The notes below the pieces were generated by a model. It made no database searches and was not told the DNA's origin. It saw only the letters and a program-made list of their open reading frames with translations. 64,000 bases of DNA from contig CAXXWZ010000007.1 in NCBI GenBank assembly GCA_963674935.2, positions 1,117,500 through 1,181,499 on the forward strand, read 5' to 3'. Position numbers and translations under genes: made by a program. Shown here piece by piece: positions 1 through 9,412 of this stretch (its first letter is position 1; each line of letters starts with the position of its first letter). The DNA comes from Bacteroidales bacterium (GTDB lineage: Bacteria; Bacteroidota; Bacteroidia; Bacteroidales; GCA-2711565).

Positions 1-128
1 GCAAGTCGGCCACGCGATGGCTCAAAAATTTCATCATCAGATCCGGAAATAGTTTCACCCTTTTTATGGAGTGCGATAGCAAGGTTGTGCATGGCTGCAC
101 CACCAATTGCGATAAAATGAAGTTTCAT
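1..128 (-). CDS. Mur ligase family protein (Mpl-like UDP-N-acetylmuramate:tripeptide ligase), N-terminal fragment; gene continues beyond window start
   Basis: Reverse-strand translation from ATG at 126-128 reads MKLHFIAIGGAAMHNLAIALHKKGETISGSDDEIFEPSRGRL. This matches the nucleotide-binding N-terminus typical of Bacteroidota Mpl/MurC-like ligases. It is absent from the ORF track because it is truncated. Confidence 0.6.
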   Translation of the reverse strand, partial: MKLHFIAIGGAAMHNLAIALHKKGETISGSDDEIFEPSRGRL

Positions 129-195
129 TCTTTAAATATTGCTAAATCAAATGTACAATTATCTTTATATTTGCTTCTCATAAATATAGAGAATA

Positions 196-897
196 ATGAG
201 TTCAGATCAAATAAAAAAGCTAAATGCAGATTTAAAAGATGCAACTGCTACAGAAATTTTAGAGTTCTTTTTAAATAAGTTCGAAAAACGCATCGCATTT
301 GCTTCAAGTTTCGGTGCAGAGGATCAGGTTATTCTCCAAATGATTTCTTCAATAAATAAAAAAACAAAGGTATTTACGCTTGATACCGGGCGCTTATTTC
401 CTGAAACTTACGAATTAATTGATAAAAGTTACCATCGATATAAAATTCCTATTGATATTTATTTTCCAGATGCATTGGAGGTCGAAAGTATGGTAAAAGA
501 AAAAGGAATTAACCTCTTTTATGAAAGTATTGAAAATCGAAAATTGTGTTGTAATATCCGAAAAATAAATCCATTAAAACGCGCCATAAAAGATTTAGAT
601 GTATGGATCACCGGATTGAGAAGAGAACAGTCTCCAACGCGTACTACAATGGAAATTGTGGAATGGGATGCCTTAAACGGTTTAATTAAAATCAATCCAT
701 TAATTGAGTGGTCAGAGAAACAGATCTGGAATTATATCAAAAAAAACAATATTCCCTACAATAAACTACATGATACAGGTTTTTTAAGCATCGGATGCCA
801 ACCATGTACAAGAGCTATTCAAAAAGGAGAAGATAGTCGTGCTGGCAGATGGTGGTGGGAAAACCCCGACACCAAAGAATGTGGGCTGCATCAATGA
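196..897 (+). CDS. cysH: Phosphoadenosine/adenosine 5'-phosphosulfate reductase (thioredoxin-dependent, Fe-S type)
   Basis: The 233-aa ORF ends in the catalytic motif KECGLHQ. It also has the Cys pair RKLCCNIRK plus SIGCQPCT (CC...CxxC cluster ligands of APS-reductase-type CysH) and a PAPS_reduct-like FGAEDQVIL N-terminus. Confidence 0.9.
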   Translation: MSSDQIKKLNADLKDATATEILEFFLNKFEKRIAFASSFGAEDQVILQMISSINKKTKVFTLDTGRLFPETYELIDKSYHRYKIPIDIYFPDALEVESMVKEKGINLFYESIENRKLCCNIRKINPLKRAIKDLDVWITGLRREQSPTRTTMEIVEWDALNGLIKINPLIEWSEKQIWNYIKKNNIPYNKLHDTGFLSIGCQPCTRAIQKGEDSRAGRWWWENPDTKECGLHQ

Positions 898-927
898 TGA
901 ATTATTATTGAAAAATAATTAATAAAA

Positions 928-2153
928 TCAGTTAAATCTTATTGCTTTTAGCGGTGATATTTTCCCGATAATTAAAGATGGAATAATCAATATTAAACTA
1001 CAAACAACAAAAGTGAGTATGTTTATGATAATGATTGATAGAATATCAATATTGATAGGCACTACAGAAATATAATATGATTCCTGATCGAGACCAAAAG
1101 GCCTGTGTATTTTTGAAGAAAACAGAAAGCTAAACCTAATAAATTGCCCCAAAGCATTCCTTTCCCAATGATGTTAATCGCATTGTAAATAAAAAGTTTT
1201 CGGATTAAAATATTTTTGGCGCCGAAGGATTTTAAAATTCCGATCATATTGGTGCGTTCTAAAATCACGATTAACAGGATGGAAATCATAGTAATTCCTG
1301 AAACCAATATCATCAATGCAAGAATAATAATCACGTTCATATCCATAAGCTGCAGCCAATCAAAAATATGAGGGTAAATTTGCTTGATGCTGCTGGCATT
1401 CAAATCATAACCAATTTCTGAATAAACTAATTCTGTTAATCTATCAATTTCATTAAAGTCATCTAAAAGAATTTCAAATCCTGCAATTTGGTCAGGTTCC
1501 CAACGATTTAATCTTTGAATTTGAGAAATATCTCCAATCACAAATAATTCATCAAACTCGAATAGGCCAGTTTCATAGATTCCTTTTATTGCGAATTTCC
1601 TCCCTCTAACACCACTTTCTTCAGAAGATACAAAATACATTCTTAAATCATCGCCAACTTTTAGCTTCAATTTTGTAGCTAATAATTTAGAAATCAACAC
1701 ATCAGTCGATCGGGAATTATCATCGAGATGTAGTAATTCACCTTCAATTAAATTTTGTTTGAAAAATGAAAAATCAAAATCAGTTCCTATACCTTTTAAA
1801 ACTACCCCTTGAATTTGATCTTCTGTTTTAATAATTCCGGCCTTGTAAGCATAAGTTTGAATATGCCTAATCCCCTTATTATCTGTGATGTTTGGATAAA
1901 AGTGTTGATTCTTACTAATAGGCGCAGCCTCATACGAAGAATTAAAATCATATTTATTGATTTGTATATGCGAGCCAAAACCAATAACTTTATCTCTTAT
2001 TTGCGACTGAAAACCAGTAACAATGGCCACAGCAATTATCATTACAGCGATACCGAGACTTACACCTGCAATGGCAATTCGAATAATTGGCCGTGAAAAG
2101 CTATTTTTTCGTGAAGAACTAATTCTTTTGGCAATAAATAAAGCTGTATTCAC
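928..2153 (-). pseudogene. LolC/LolE/FtsX-family ABC transporter permease, reading frame interrupted (pseudogene or homopolymer sequencing error)
   Basis: ORFs 1062-2153 (363 aa) and 928-1152 (74 aa) are consecutive parts of one FtsX-type permease. The parts are an N-terminal TM (MNTALFIAKRISSSRKNSF...), a periplasmic domain and a C-terminal TM bundle ending GKISPLKAIRFN. The frame switches at the aaaa run 1096-1099 (...LQKYTGL / FGLDQESYY...). Confidence 0.75.
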
Positions 2154-2178
2154 ATTATTTTTTTTACAAAGATAGAAA

Positions 2179-3384
2179 ATGAAACTAATCCCAAAACTAC
2201 TAATCGCAATTAGCTTATTAAGCAGTTGTCATGCAGCTGAAATTGAGAAAAAACCTATAATTGTTTCTTATACTGATTTGGTTGTTGGAGCGGCGCGAAC
2301 TCAAATTTATCAGCCTTTGCTGAAAGACAAAAAAATAGCCATTGTTGCAAACCACACTTCATTAGTGAACGACATCCATATAGTTGATTTAATGATCAAT
2401 ACTGGCTTTAATCTAAAGAAAGTATTTAGCCCTGAACATGGCTTCAGAGGCAATAGGTCAGATGGTGCAATAATAGAAAATGATAGAGATACAAAAACCA
2501 ATTTGCCCATTATTTCATTGTATGGAAATCATAAAAAACCTACCAAAGAAGATTTAACCGGAATTGAAGTTATGATATTTGATATTCAAGATGTGGGTAT
2601 TAGGTTTTATACTTACCTCTCAACTATGACCTATGTAATGGAAGCCTGTGCCGAAAATAATATTCCTATCATTATTTTCGATCGACCTAATCCCAATGGT
2701 TTTTATGTGGATGGTCCGATTTTAAAGCGTGAACATAAATCTTTTGTCGGCATGCATCCAGTCCCCATAGTGCACGGAATGACCCCGGGTGAATTTGCAC
2801 TAATGATAAATGGAGAAGGCTGGCTGGCGAATAATGTGAAATGCGATTTAAATGTTATTAAAGTGGAGGATTATAACCACAACCAAACGATGGCATTGCC
2901 TGTAAAACCTTCCCCGAACCTACCAACTTTCTCCTCTATCCTGCTTTATCCATCCTTAGCTTTATTTGAAGGAACAACTGTAAGCGTTGGCAGAGGAACT
3001 CAGTTTCCTTTTCAAGTAATTGGTCATCCTGATTACAGCAAAAGATCATATTCATTCACACCTGTGAGTATCCCCGGTGCAAGTGCTAATCCACCATTAA
3101 AAGGGCAAAAATGCTATGGAATTGATCTCAGACAAAAAATTGATAAAAAAGCCATTATTAGTACCAAAATTGAATTGAAATGGATTAAAGAATTTTATGA
3201 GGAGATTGGTGGTGAAACAGAATTTTTCCTCCCCTATTTCACAAATCTAGTTGGGCAAAAGCTATTACAACAACAATTGATTGATGGTTTAAGTGAAGAT
3301 GAAATTCGAAAAACCTGGCAAAAGGGCTTAGATGAGTATAAAAAAATCAGGGTAAAATATTTACTTTACCCTGATTTTGAATAA
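2179..3384 (+). CDS. DUF1343 family protein (NamZ-like exo-beta-N-acetylmuramidase)
   Basis: 401 aa with a signal peptide. Characteristic DUF1343 strings are present: KIAIVANHTS, SPEHGFRG, LPIISLYG, FDIQDVGIRFYTYLSTM, DRPNPNG. Confidence 0.8.
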   Translation: MKLIPKLLIAISLLSSCHAAEIEKKPIIVSYTDLVVGAARTQIYQPLLKDKKIAIVANHTSLVNDIHIVDLMINTGFNLKKVFSPEHGFRGNRSDGAIIENDRDTKTNLPIISLYGNHKKPTKEDLTGIEVMIFDIQDVGIRFYTYLSTMTYVMEACAENNIPIIIFDRPNPNGFYVDGPILKREHKSFVGMHPVPIVHGMTPGEFALMINGEGWLANNVKCDLNVIKVEDYNHNQTMALPVKPSPNLPTFSSILLYPSLALFEGTTVSVGRGTQFPFQVIGHPDYSKRSYSFTPVSIPGASANPPLKGQKCYGIDLRQKIDKKAIISTKIELKWIKEFYEEIGGETEFFLPYFTNLVGQKLLQQQLIDGLSEDEIRKTWQKGLDEYKKIRVKYLLYPDFE

Positions 3385-3400
3385 CTTATTTTGTTCAGTT

Positions 3401-4600
3401 CTAAATTGTTCTGCCCGGATAAACTTTTAATGCTTGATCTAAGCATTTGATAGAACTCCTTAAATCATCACAATTTAAAACATAACTAATTCTAACTTCA
3501 TCCAGTCCCCTACCCTTTGATGAATAGAAACCTGAAGCTGGTGCTAACATTACTGTTTCATTTTTAAAACTAAAATCTTCGAGCAACCACTTGCAGAATT
3601 TATCAGAATCATCAATAGGCAACTTAGCCACCACGTAAAATGCACCTGCAGGATTTGGGCAAAAAGCACCTTCAATTTTATTGATTCCTTCAACAACTGC
3701 ATTTCTTCGTGCAATGTATTCAGCAGACACCTCTGTAAAATAAGATTTCGGCGTATCAATAGCTGCTTCTGAAGCAACCTGACCAAATGTTGGTGGGCTT
3801 AATCGAGCCTGGGCAAATTTAAGTGCCGTTTTCATTACTTCTTTATTCTTGGAAATCATGCATCCAATTCTTACACCACAGGCACTGTATCGCTTCGAAA
3901 CTGAATCGATTAATATTACATTATTCTCAATTTCTTTTAGATACATGGCTGAATAATGTTTATGCCCATCATAAACAAACTCCCGATACACTTCATCAGC
4001 AATTAAGTATAAATCATATTTTTTCACCAGTTCTTGTAAAACTTCGAGCTCAGCTTTAGAATACAGATAACCAGTTGGATTATTCGGATTACACACCATA
4101 ATGGCCTTGGTTTTTGGTGTGATGGCTTTTTCAAATTCTTCCATCTTTGGCAAAGCAAAACCACTGTCTATACTTGAAAAGATTGGCTTAACAGAAACAC
4201 CTGAATTAATTGCAAATCCGTTATAATTAGCATAGAAAGGTTCAGGGATGATAATCTCATCTCCCGGATCTAAACAGGTTTGCATGGCAAAAAGAATGGC
4301 TTCAGAAGCACCAGCTGATACGATAATATCATCAGCTGTTATATGAATATCATGTTTGGCATAATAGGTAACCATTTTTTGACGATAGGATAGTATTCCT
4401 GCCGAATGACTATAAGCAACAACTTTCTGATCATAATTTCTGATGGCATCAAGTGCAACTTCAGGAGTTTTTATATCAGGCTGACCGATATTGAGATGAT
4501 GAACTTTAATTCCTCTACTTTTAGCATTCTCTGCATAAGGCACCAATTTACGAATTGGAGACTCAGGCATTTGCTGCCCCTTTAATGAAATTTTTGGCAT
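3401..4600 (-). CDS. Pyridoxal-phosphate-dependent aminotransferase, class I/II (aspartate/aromatic type)
   Basis: 399 aa. It has the NIGQPD N-terminal motif, NPNNPTG, and the PLP-lysine context SVSKRYSACGVRIG. Confidence 0.9.
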   Translation of the reverse strand: MPKISLKGQQMPESPIRKLVPYAENAKSRGIKVHHLNIGQPDIKTPEVALDAIRNYDQKVVAYSHSAGILSYRQKMVTYYAKHDIHITADDIIVSAGASEAILFAMQTCLDPGDEIIIPEPFYANYNGFAINSGVSVKPIFSSIDSGFALPKMEEFEKAITPKTKAIMVCNPNNPTGYLYSKAELEVLQELVKKYDLYLIADEVYREFVYDGHKHYSAMYLKEIENNVILIDSVSKRYSACGVRIGCMISKNKEVMKTALKFAQARLSPPTFGQVASEAAIDTPKSYFTEVSAEYIARRNAVVEGINKIEGAFCPNPAGAFYVVAKLPIDDSDKFCKWLLEDFSFKNETVMLAPASGFYSSKGRGLDEVRISYVLNCDDLRSSIKCLDQALKVYPGRTI

Positions 4601-4656
4601 GTTAATCTAAAATTAAGTCCCGCTTTTGGGGCGGGATATAGGTTATTTTATTAGGT

Positions 4657-5105
4657 TTATTTACTGGTTGGTGCTAATCCGCCTGTTTTTGTTGGACTTC
4701 CTTCGGTAAGCTGATTTACGACTTCACCTTTTATACTTAGAACTACAATTGGATTTTTAGCATTCGACATTATTGTTACTGTTTTATTGAATGCACCAAC
4801 TCTGCTAGTCGCATAAGTTACACTAATAACTTCTGAATTACCGGGAAGAATAGGTTTCTTTGGCCAAGTTGGAACTGTGCATCCGCAAGAAGAACGTGGT
4901 CGTGACAAAATGAGAGGTTCTTTACCTGTATTGGTAAATTTAAACTCTGTTTTTCCATCACCATTTCTTAAAATCTGGCCATAATCATGTAATAATTTTC
5001 AAATTTAATTTGAGGTGCATTGGGGTTATCTTCTTTAACTTCCTGTGCATTCACCAATACTGATGAAAACAAAAACATGCTTAAAACAAATAATAACTTT
5101 TTCAT
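4657..5105 (-). pseudogene. DUF1573 domain secreted protein, frame interrupted between signal peptide and mature domain
   Basis: The signal peptide MKKLLFVLSMFLFSSVLVNAQ starts at ATG 5103-5105, and that frame stops at 4968-4970. The DUF1573 body (HDYGQILRNGDGKTEFKFTNTGKEPLILSRPRSSCGCTVPTWPKKPILPG...) lies in another frame, as listed ORF 4657-4908 plus its Met-less upstream extension. The 449-nt span is not a multiple of 3. The shift lies near 4986-5000. Confidence 0.7.
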
Positions 5106-5449
5106 TATACTAAAATTTAGTTCTTGAATAAAATACTTTCAATAATGAATTGAACATAAATTATTTTGATCGTACTCTTTTATAATTATATATGCAAATA
5201 TATTAAATAATTCAGCGAGCATAATAAATTCAACGCTAATTTTTAGTCATTGTTGAATATTTTATAATGATTTATTATATTTTAACGTTTAAAATTGTAA
5301 GTTGTTCTCAATATCGTACTTATATTTTACATCAGTTATCTAAATCGCTCAATAACTATAACTTATGATGAATGATAAAAATGCTTATTTTTAATTCCAT
5401 CATTTATCAATTTATTCATATCTAGTAATGTCATTATGAATCATTATAT

Positions 5450-7291
5450 TTGCAATACACTAAACAACTAAACTTGACTAATTTGCCTACATACATACCC
5501 AATAGTAAGGAGCTCGACGGAAAGCAATTATATTATAGTTTTCTGGCAGGAGCGCAACGAATATTTGATAATCAAACCTTGTTAAATAAGATTAATGTAT
5601 TTCCTGTAGCAGATGCAGATACGGGCACCAATTTGGCCTCAACCATGCGCGCCATTATTGATACTGATATCCCAACAGAGAACTTAAAACAAACTGCAGA
5701 CGCCATTGCCAATGCGGCTTTGGTTGGAGCCAGAGGAAATTCAGGAATCATTTTTGCTCAATTTCTATATGGTTTTAGTAATGAAATAAAGGTTGATCAT
5801 CCAATTAATGTTAATTCGTTTGCGGCCATTTTAGTTGAATCTGTAAAGTATGCTTATGAAGCGATTTCAAACCCTGTAGAAGGAACAATGATTACTGTTA
5901 TGCGCGAATGGGTGGAGCATATAGATAAAGTAAAATATAAATTTGATGATTTTAAAAAATTAATTTCAGCATCCATTCAATCAGCAAAACAATCATTAAA
6001 AGAAACACCTGAGAAATTAGCCGTGTTAAGAAAAGCGAATGTAGTTGATTCAGGAGCCAAAGGATTTGTTGTTTTTTTAGAAGGAATGATAGATTTTTTC
6101 AACCATGGAGAAATCAAGAAAATTTTGCCTGCTAGAAACATATTAAAAGTACAATCAACTGAAGCAGCGACTATTTCTCATGATGCTATTAATTTTAGGT
6201 ATTGTACTGAGGCCATGTTGGTTGGTGATAAAATTGATAAACTAAATTTGACGAAGAGAATCGGGCATCATGGTGATTCACTTGTTGTTGCAGGATCACC
6301 CTCAAAACTTAGAATCCATATTCATACAGATGATCCTGCAAAACTCTTCGAAGAATTACATGAGCATGGGGTAATTACCTACCAAAAGGTTGATGACATG
6401 GTCATGCAAAACAATGTGATGACTAATCGTAAAGCATCAATTGCACTAGTAACAGATTCTACCTGCGATTTACCAGATGAAATACTTGAAAAATATCAAA
6501 TTCATATGGTGCCTTTAAGTGTTCATATTGGTGATAGTTATTATCTTGATCGAATTACCTTGAATGCAGACAAATTTTATAAAATGTCTGCTCATTTAGA
6601 TAAAAACCCTACAACTGCGCAACCAACATTTGAATTATTTTCGAATAAATATTCTTACTTAAGCTCACATTATGATTCAATTATTAGCGTACAGTTAAGT
6701 AGTGCCTTGAGCGGAACATTTTCGAATAGTAAGAAGGCGGCAAAAACAATAGGTCTTCAACTTAAAAAAGAGATTTCAGTTCTTGATTCTAAGCGATTGA
6801 CAGCTAGTTTAGGATTAATTGTATTAAGATTAGCCAAGGCAATTGAATTGGATAAATTCACACATACACAGCTTATCGACATGACGAATGATTGGATCAA
6901 AAAATCAGACGTTTATGTGAGTGTAAACACTCTAAAATATATTGTTAGAAGTGGCCGCGTAAACCCACTAAAAGGTTTTATTGCAAAAGCACTCAATCTA
7001 AAACCAATAATTGGAGTAAATGATGAAGGTGAATCTGTATTAATGGAAAAATCTTTCACAATAAAAGGCAATAAGAAAAATTTATTGGCACATGCCAAAC
7101 GTATTGCCGAAAAAAATAATATTTGGGGATATGCCATCACCCATGCAGATAACCTGGAATCGGCTCAGTGGTTTGCAAAAGAACTCTTAAGTATTTTTAA
7201 AATGGAGCCAGAATTCATCCGCGAAGCGTCACCTGTATTGGGCGCAAATACCGGACCAGGTATCGTTGCCGTTTCTATCATGAGAAAATAA
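5450..7291 (+). CDS. DAK2 (DhaL/FakA-N-like) domain fused to DegV (FakB-like fatty-acid-binding) domain
   Basis: 613 aa. The N-terminal part has VFPVADADTGTNLASTM and GARGNSGIIFAQF (DhaL/Dak2 ATP-binding motifs). The middle has YCTEAML...GDSLVVAGSPSKLRIHIHTDDP (FakA/YloV middle domain). The C-terminal ~280 aa have IALVTDSTCDLP...TAQPT...SSALSGT (DegV). The start codon is uncertain: TTG at 5450, with no in-frame ATG nearby. Confidence 0.8.
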   Translation: MQYTKQLNLTNLPTYIPNSKELDGKQLYYSFLAGAQRIFDNQTLLNKINVFPVADADTGTNLASTMRAIIDTDIPTENLKQTADAIANAALVGARGNSGIIFAQFLYGFSNEIKVDHPINVNSFAAILVESVKYAYEAISNPVEGTMITVMREWVEHIDKVKYKFDDFKKLISASIQSAKQSLKETPEKLAVLRKANVVDSGAKGFVVFLEGMIDFFNHGEIKKILPARNILKVQSTEAATISHDAINFRYCTEAMLVGDKIDKLNLTKRIGHHGDSLVVAGSPSKLRIHIHTDDPAKLFEELHEHGVITYQKVDDMVMQNNVMTNRKASIALVTDSTCDLPDEILEKYQIHMVPLSVHIGDSYYLDRITLNADKFYKMSAHLDKNPTTAQPTFELFSNKYSYLSSHYDSIISVQLSSALSGTFSNSKKAAKTIGLQLKKEISVLDSKRLTASLGLIVLRLAKAIELDKFTHTQLIDMTNDWIKKSDVYVSVNTLKYIVRSGRVNPLKGFIAKALNLKPIIGVNDEGESVLMEKSFTIKGNKKNLLAHAKRIAEKNNIWGYAITHADNLESAQWFAKELLSIFKMEPEFIREASPVLGANTGPGIVAVSIMRK

Positions 7292-7393
7292 AAAATTTGC
7301 CATATTTTAAAATTTTATGTTTAAAAAATAGCTCTTTGTTCTAAAAAAGAAGGTATGGTTTTTGTTGATTTTCGATGACCTAATTTATCCAAA

Positions 7394-8425
7394 ATGATTA
7401 AAAAAATCTTTTTTGTACTAGCCATCTTTTTCTTTAGTAATACATTGTTTGCACAAAGATTAAATGGTCGCATTATAGACTTATCATCGGAGGATCCTGT
7501 AATTTATGCGAATATTTATTTAGAAGGAACAACGATTGGAACTGTTTCAGACGGAAATGGAAACTTTAGTTTAGATATTAGAAATTACAATGGTATTCCT
7601 ATAATCGTTAGTACAATCGGATACAAATCAAGACGGATCACAGAATATCCTGTTAATCAAAATCTTTGCATAGGTTTAGAAAAGGCAGAATATACACTTA
7701 CAGTAACTGAGGTAAAAGCGAAAAAATTGAACAGAGCTGCCAGAGCCAGATATTTAGCCGAATTTAAAAGAGAATTTCTAGGGGTATCAGGTAATGCATA
7801 TAGGTGCGAAATTTTAAATGAAAAAGATTTAATATATGATTATGACAAGGCTAGTAAAACTTTATTTGTAAATTCGAAAAAACCCTTAAAAATTAAAAAT
7901 AATGCACTTGGATATGAAGTGACCTATCATTTGGATAATTTTATAAGTGCCAGAGAATTTGTATTTTATGATGGCTACTATTTTTTCACAGAAATAGAAT
8001 CGAAATCTCAATTAGAGGTGGAAAAAATTGAAGATAATAGATATAGTGCATACCTTGGTTCAAGATTAGCACTTATTCGATCTATTTATGATAAAAATCT
8101 GAAGAATAATTTATTTACACTTTATGATACCAATTACACAGAAATAAAACTTAAGAAAATTATTGATGAATTGCCATCCGGAGACAAAATATTTTGTCCA
8201 GGTCAAGAATTAATTATACATTTCGGCTTTAATCAATTTCCTATAAAATCAAGGTTAATACCAATCGATTCATGTATTAGAATCACCAAAGAAGGATATT
8301 TTAATGCCAATTCTATAAAATGGGGAGATCGTATTTCTATTGACAGAGTTGCTGATTTACTGCCATTTGAATATAAGTTAAGCGAGAAACAAAAAACAGC
8401 TTTTGAGTTTATGAAGAAATTATAA
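7394..8425 (+). CDS. CarboxypepD_reg-like domain protein, function unknown
   Basis: 343 aa with a signal peptide. It has the N-terminal pattern GRIIDLSSEDPVIYANIYLEGTTIGTVSDGNGNFSL typical of carboxypeptidase-regulatory-like beta-sandwiches. The remainder is unrecognised. Confidence 0.6.
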   Translation: MIKKIFFVLAIFFFSNTLFAQRLNGRIIDLSSEDPVIYANIYLEGTTIGTVSDGNGNFSLDIRNYNGIPIIVSTIGYKSRRITEYPVNQNLCIGLEKAEYTLTVTEVKAKKLNRAARARYLAEFKREFLGVSGNAYRCEILNEKDLIYDYDKASKTLFVNSKKPLKIKNNALGYEVTYHLDNFISAREFVFYDGYYFFTEIESKSQLEVEKIEDNRYSAYLGSRLALIRSIYDKNLKNNLFTLYDTNYTEIKLKKIIDELPSGDKIFCPGQELIIHFGFNQFPIKSRLIPIDSCIRITKEGYFNANSIKWGDRISIDRVADLLPFEYKLSEKQKTAFEFMKKL

Positions 8426-8570
8426 CTTAAGCTGAATTAATAGTTTAATCATTATTGCTTTTTGCAAAATTGAAGATAAGGATACTTCTGAGTAATTGAT
8501 TTAATAATTATACACTAACCTATCAGTTACTTTATTGTAACCGATAAGCTAGTGTAACAGACTAAAAAGT

Positions 8571-8807
8571 TTATTCTGGTTTATTCATCATTTTACGATA
8601 CATACGCAGGTTATAGATGAAATACCCAAAATAAACAACCAAACTAAGGGCTATAAATGAACGAACAACCCAACAAAATGTTTCACAGAAATACTGATCT
8701 TCAGCACCTAGCAAGCAAGAGGCGCAACCAAAAATTGCAATAATTACATAATCGACGAATAGTAGAACTGTCAAAATAAGTCCGAATTTTATTAATAATT
8801 TTTTCAT
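8571..8807 (-). CDS. Small Cys-rich membrane protein, unknown function (last gene of the octaheme cytochrome operon)
   Basis: 78 aa with two to three hydrophobic helices and five cysteines (GCASCLLGAEDQYFCETFCW). It is co-directional with, and 58 nt downstream of, the rhodanese gene. Confidence 0.4.
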   Translation of the reverse strand: MKKLLIKFGLILTVLLFVDYVIIAIFGCASCLLGAEDQYFCETFCWVVRSFIALSLVVYFGYFIYNLRMYRKMMNKPE

Positions 8808-8865
8808 GACACTGTTCTTTAAATTATTTAAGATTAGTAATGCATTAAAATTAAGTTAAAAGAAG

Positions 8866-9393
8866 TTAGCAACCACCTTCATCTTTTACTTCAGGATGAG
8901 CATTAGCATCCAGGTTTTTATCATATAATAAAGGAAATTTCAATTCCCAAGCTTTCCAGCCACCTTCTAAATATTTGATATTTTTATACCCGATTTGTTT
9001 CAACAAATTCGCAGCAAGAACAGAACGCTTACCTTTCTTACAATATACAATAATTTCGTCAGTTAATTCAGGTTTATACATCATTTCACTTTCCCAAAAG
9101 GCTTCATTTCCTGTGTTAAAAATCACTAGCCCGCCAGGGATGTTTATTGAACTTGGGATGTATCCGAAGTTATGTTCAGCTGACTCCCTCACATCAATAA
9201 GAAAAATATAAGCATCCAAATCATCAAGTTTTAATTTCAGATCATCAACTGTAATTGATTTTAAATCAACCTTTAAATCATCAATCATCGCATCCGGCGA
9301 TTCATACGTTGTCGACTTTGTACATGAGCTAAACAAAAGCAATGCAACGATAAACATGGATAAATTATTCAACAATTTTTTCATTTTAAACAA
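8866..9393 (-). CDS. Rhodanese-like sulfurtransferase domain lipoprotein
   Basis: 175 aa with a lipoprotein signal (LLLFSSC). The rhodanese active-site loop context is IVYCKKGKRSVLAANLLKQIGYKNIKYLEGGWKAW. Confidence 0.8.
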   Translation of the reverse strand: MFKMKKLLNNLSMFIVALLLFSSCTKSTTYESPDAMIDDLKVDLKSITVDDLKLKLDDLDAYIFLIDVRESAEHNFGYIPSSINIPGGLVIFNTGNEAFWESEMMYKPELTDEIIVYCKKGKRSVLAANLLKQIGYKNIKYLEGGWKAWELKFPLLYDKNLDANAHPEVKDEGGC

Positions 9394-9412
9394 TATTTAA
9401 ATTTTTAATTTA

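Noticed and set aside
66-278. 70-aa ORF spanning the mpl-like start and the cysH start
   Set aside because: It overlaps two well-supported genes and the intergenic promoter region. Its composition is low-complexity K/N/L-rich, as expected from AT-rich non-coding sequence, and it has no recognisable motif.
1174-2096. Small ORFs (1174-1359, 1802-1984, 1809-2096) inside or antisense to the LolE-like gene
   Set aside because: These are alternative-frame or antisense read-throughs of a gene with clear family identity. Their composition is typical of spurious ORFs.
4618-4636. GC hairpin tcccgc-ttttggg-gcggga between the DUF1573 gene and the aminotransferase gene
   Set aside because: It could be a terminator on the minus strand. 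However, it lies only 18 nt before the next start codon, has a 6-bp stem and has a weak T-tract. That is not enough to call it a terminator or a regulatory element.
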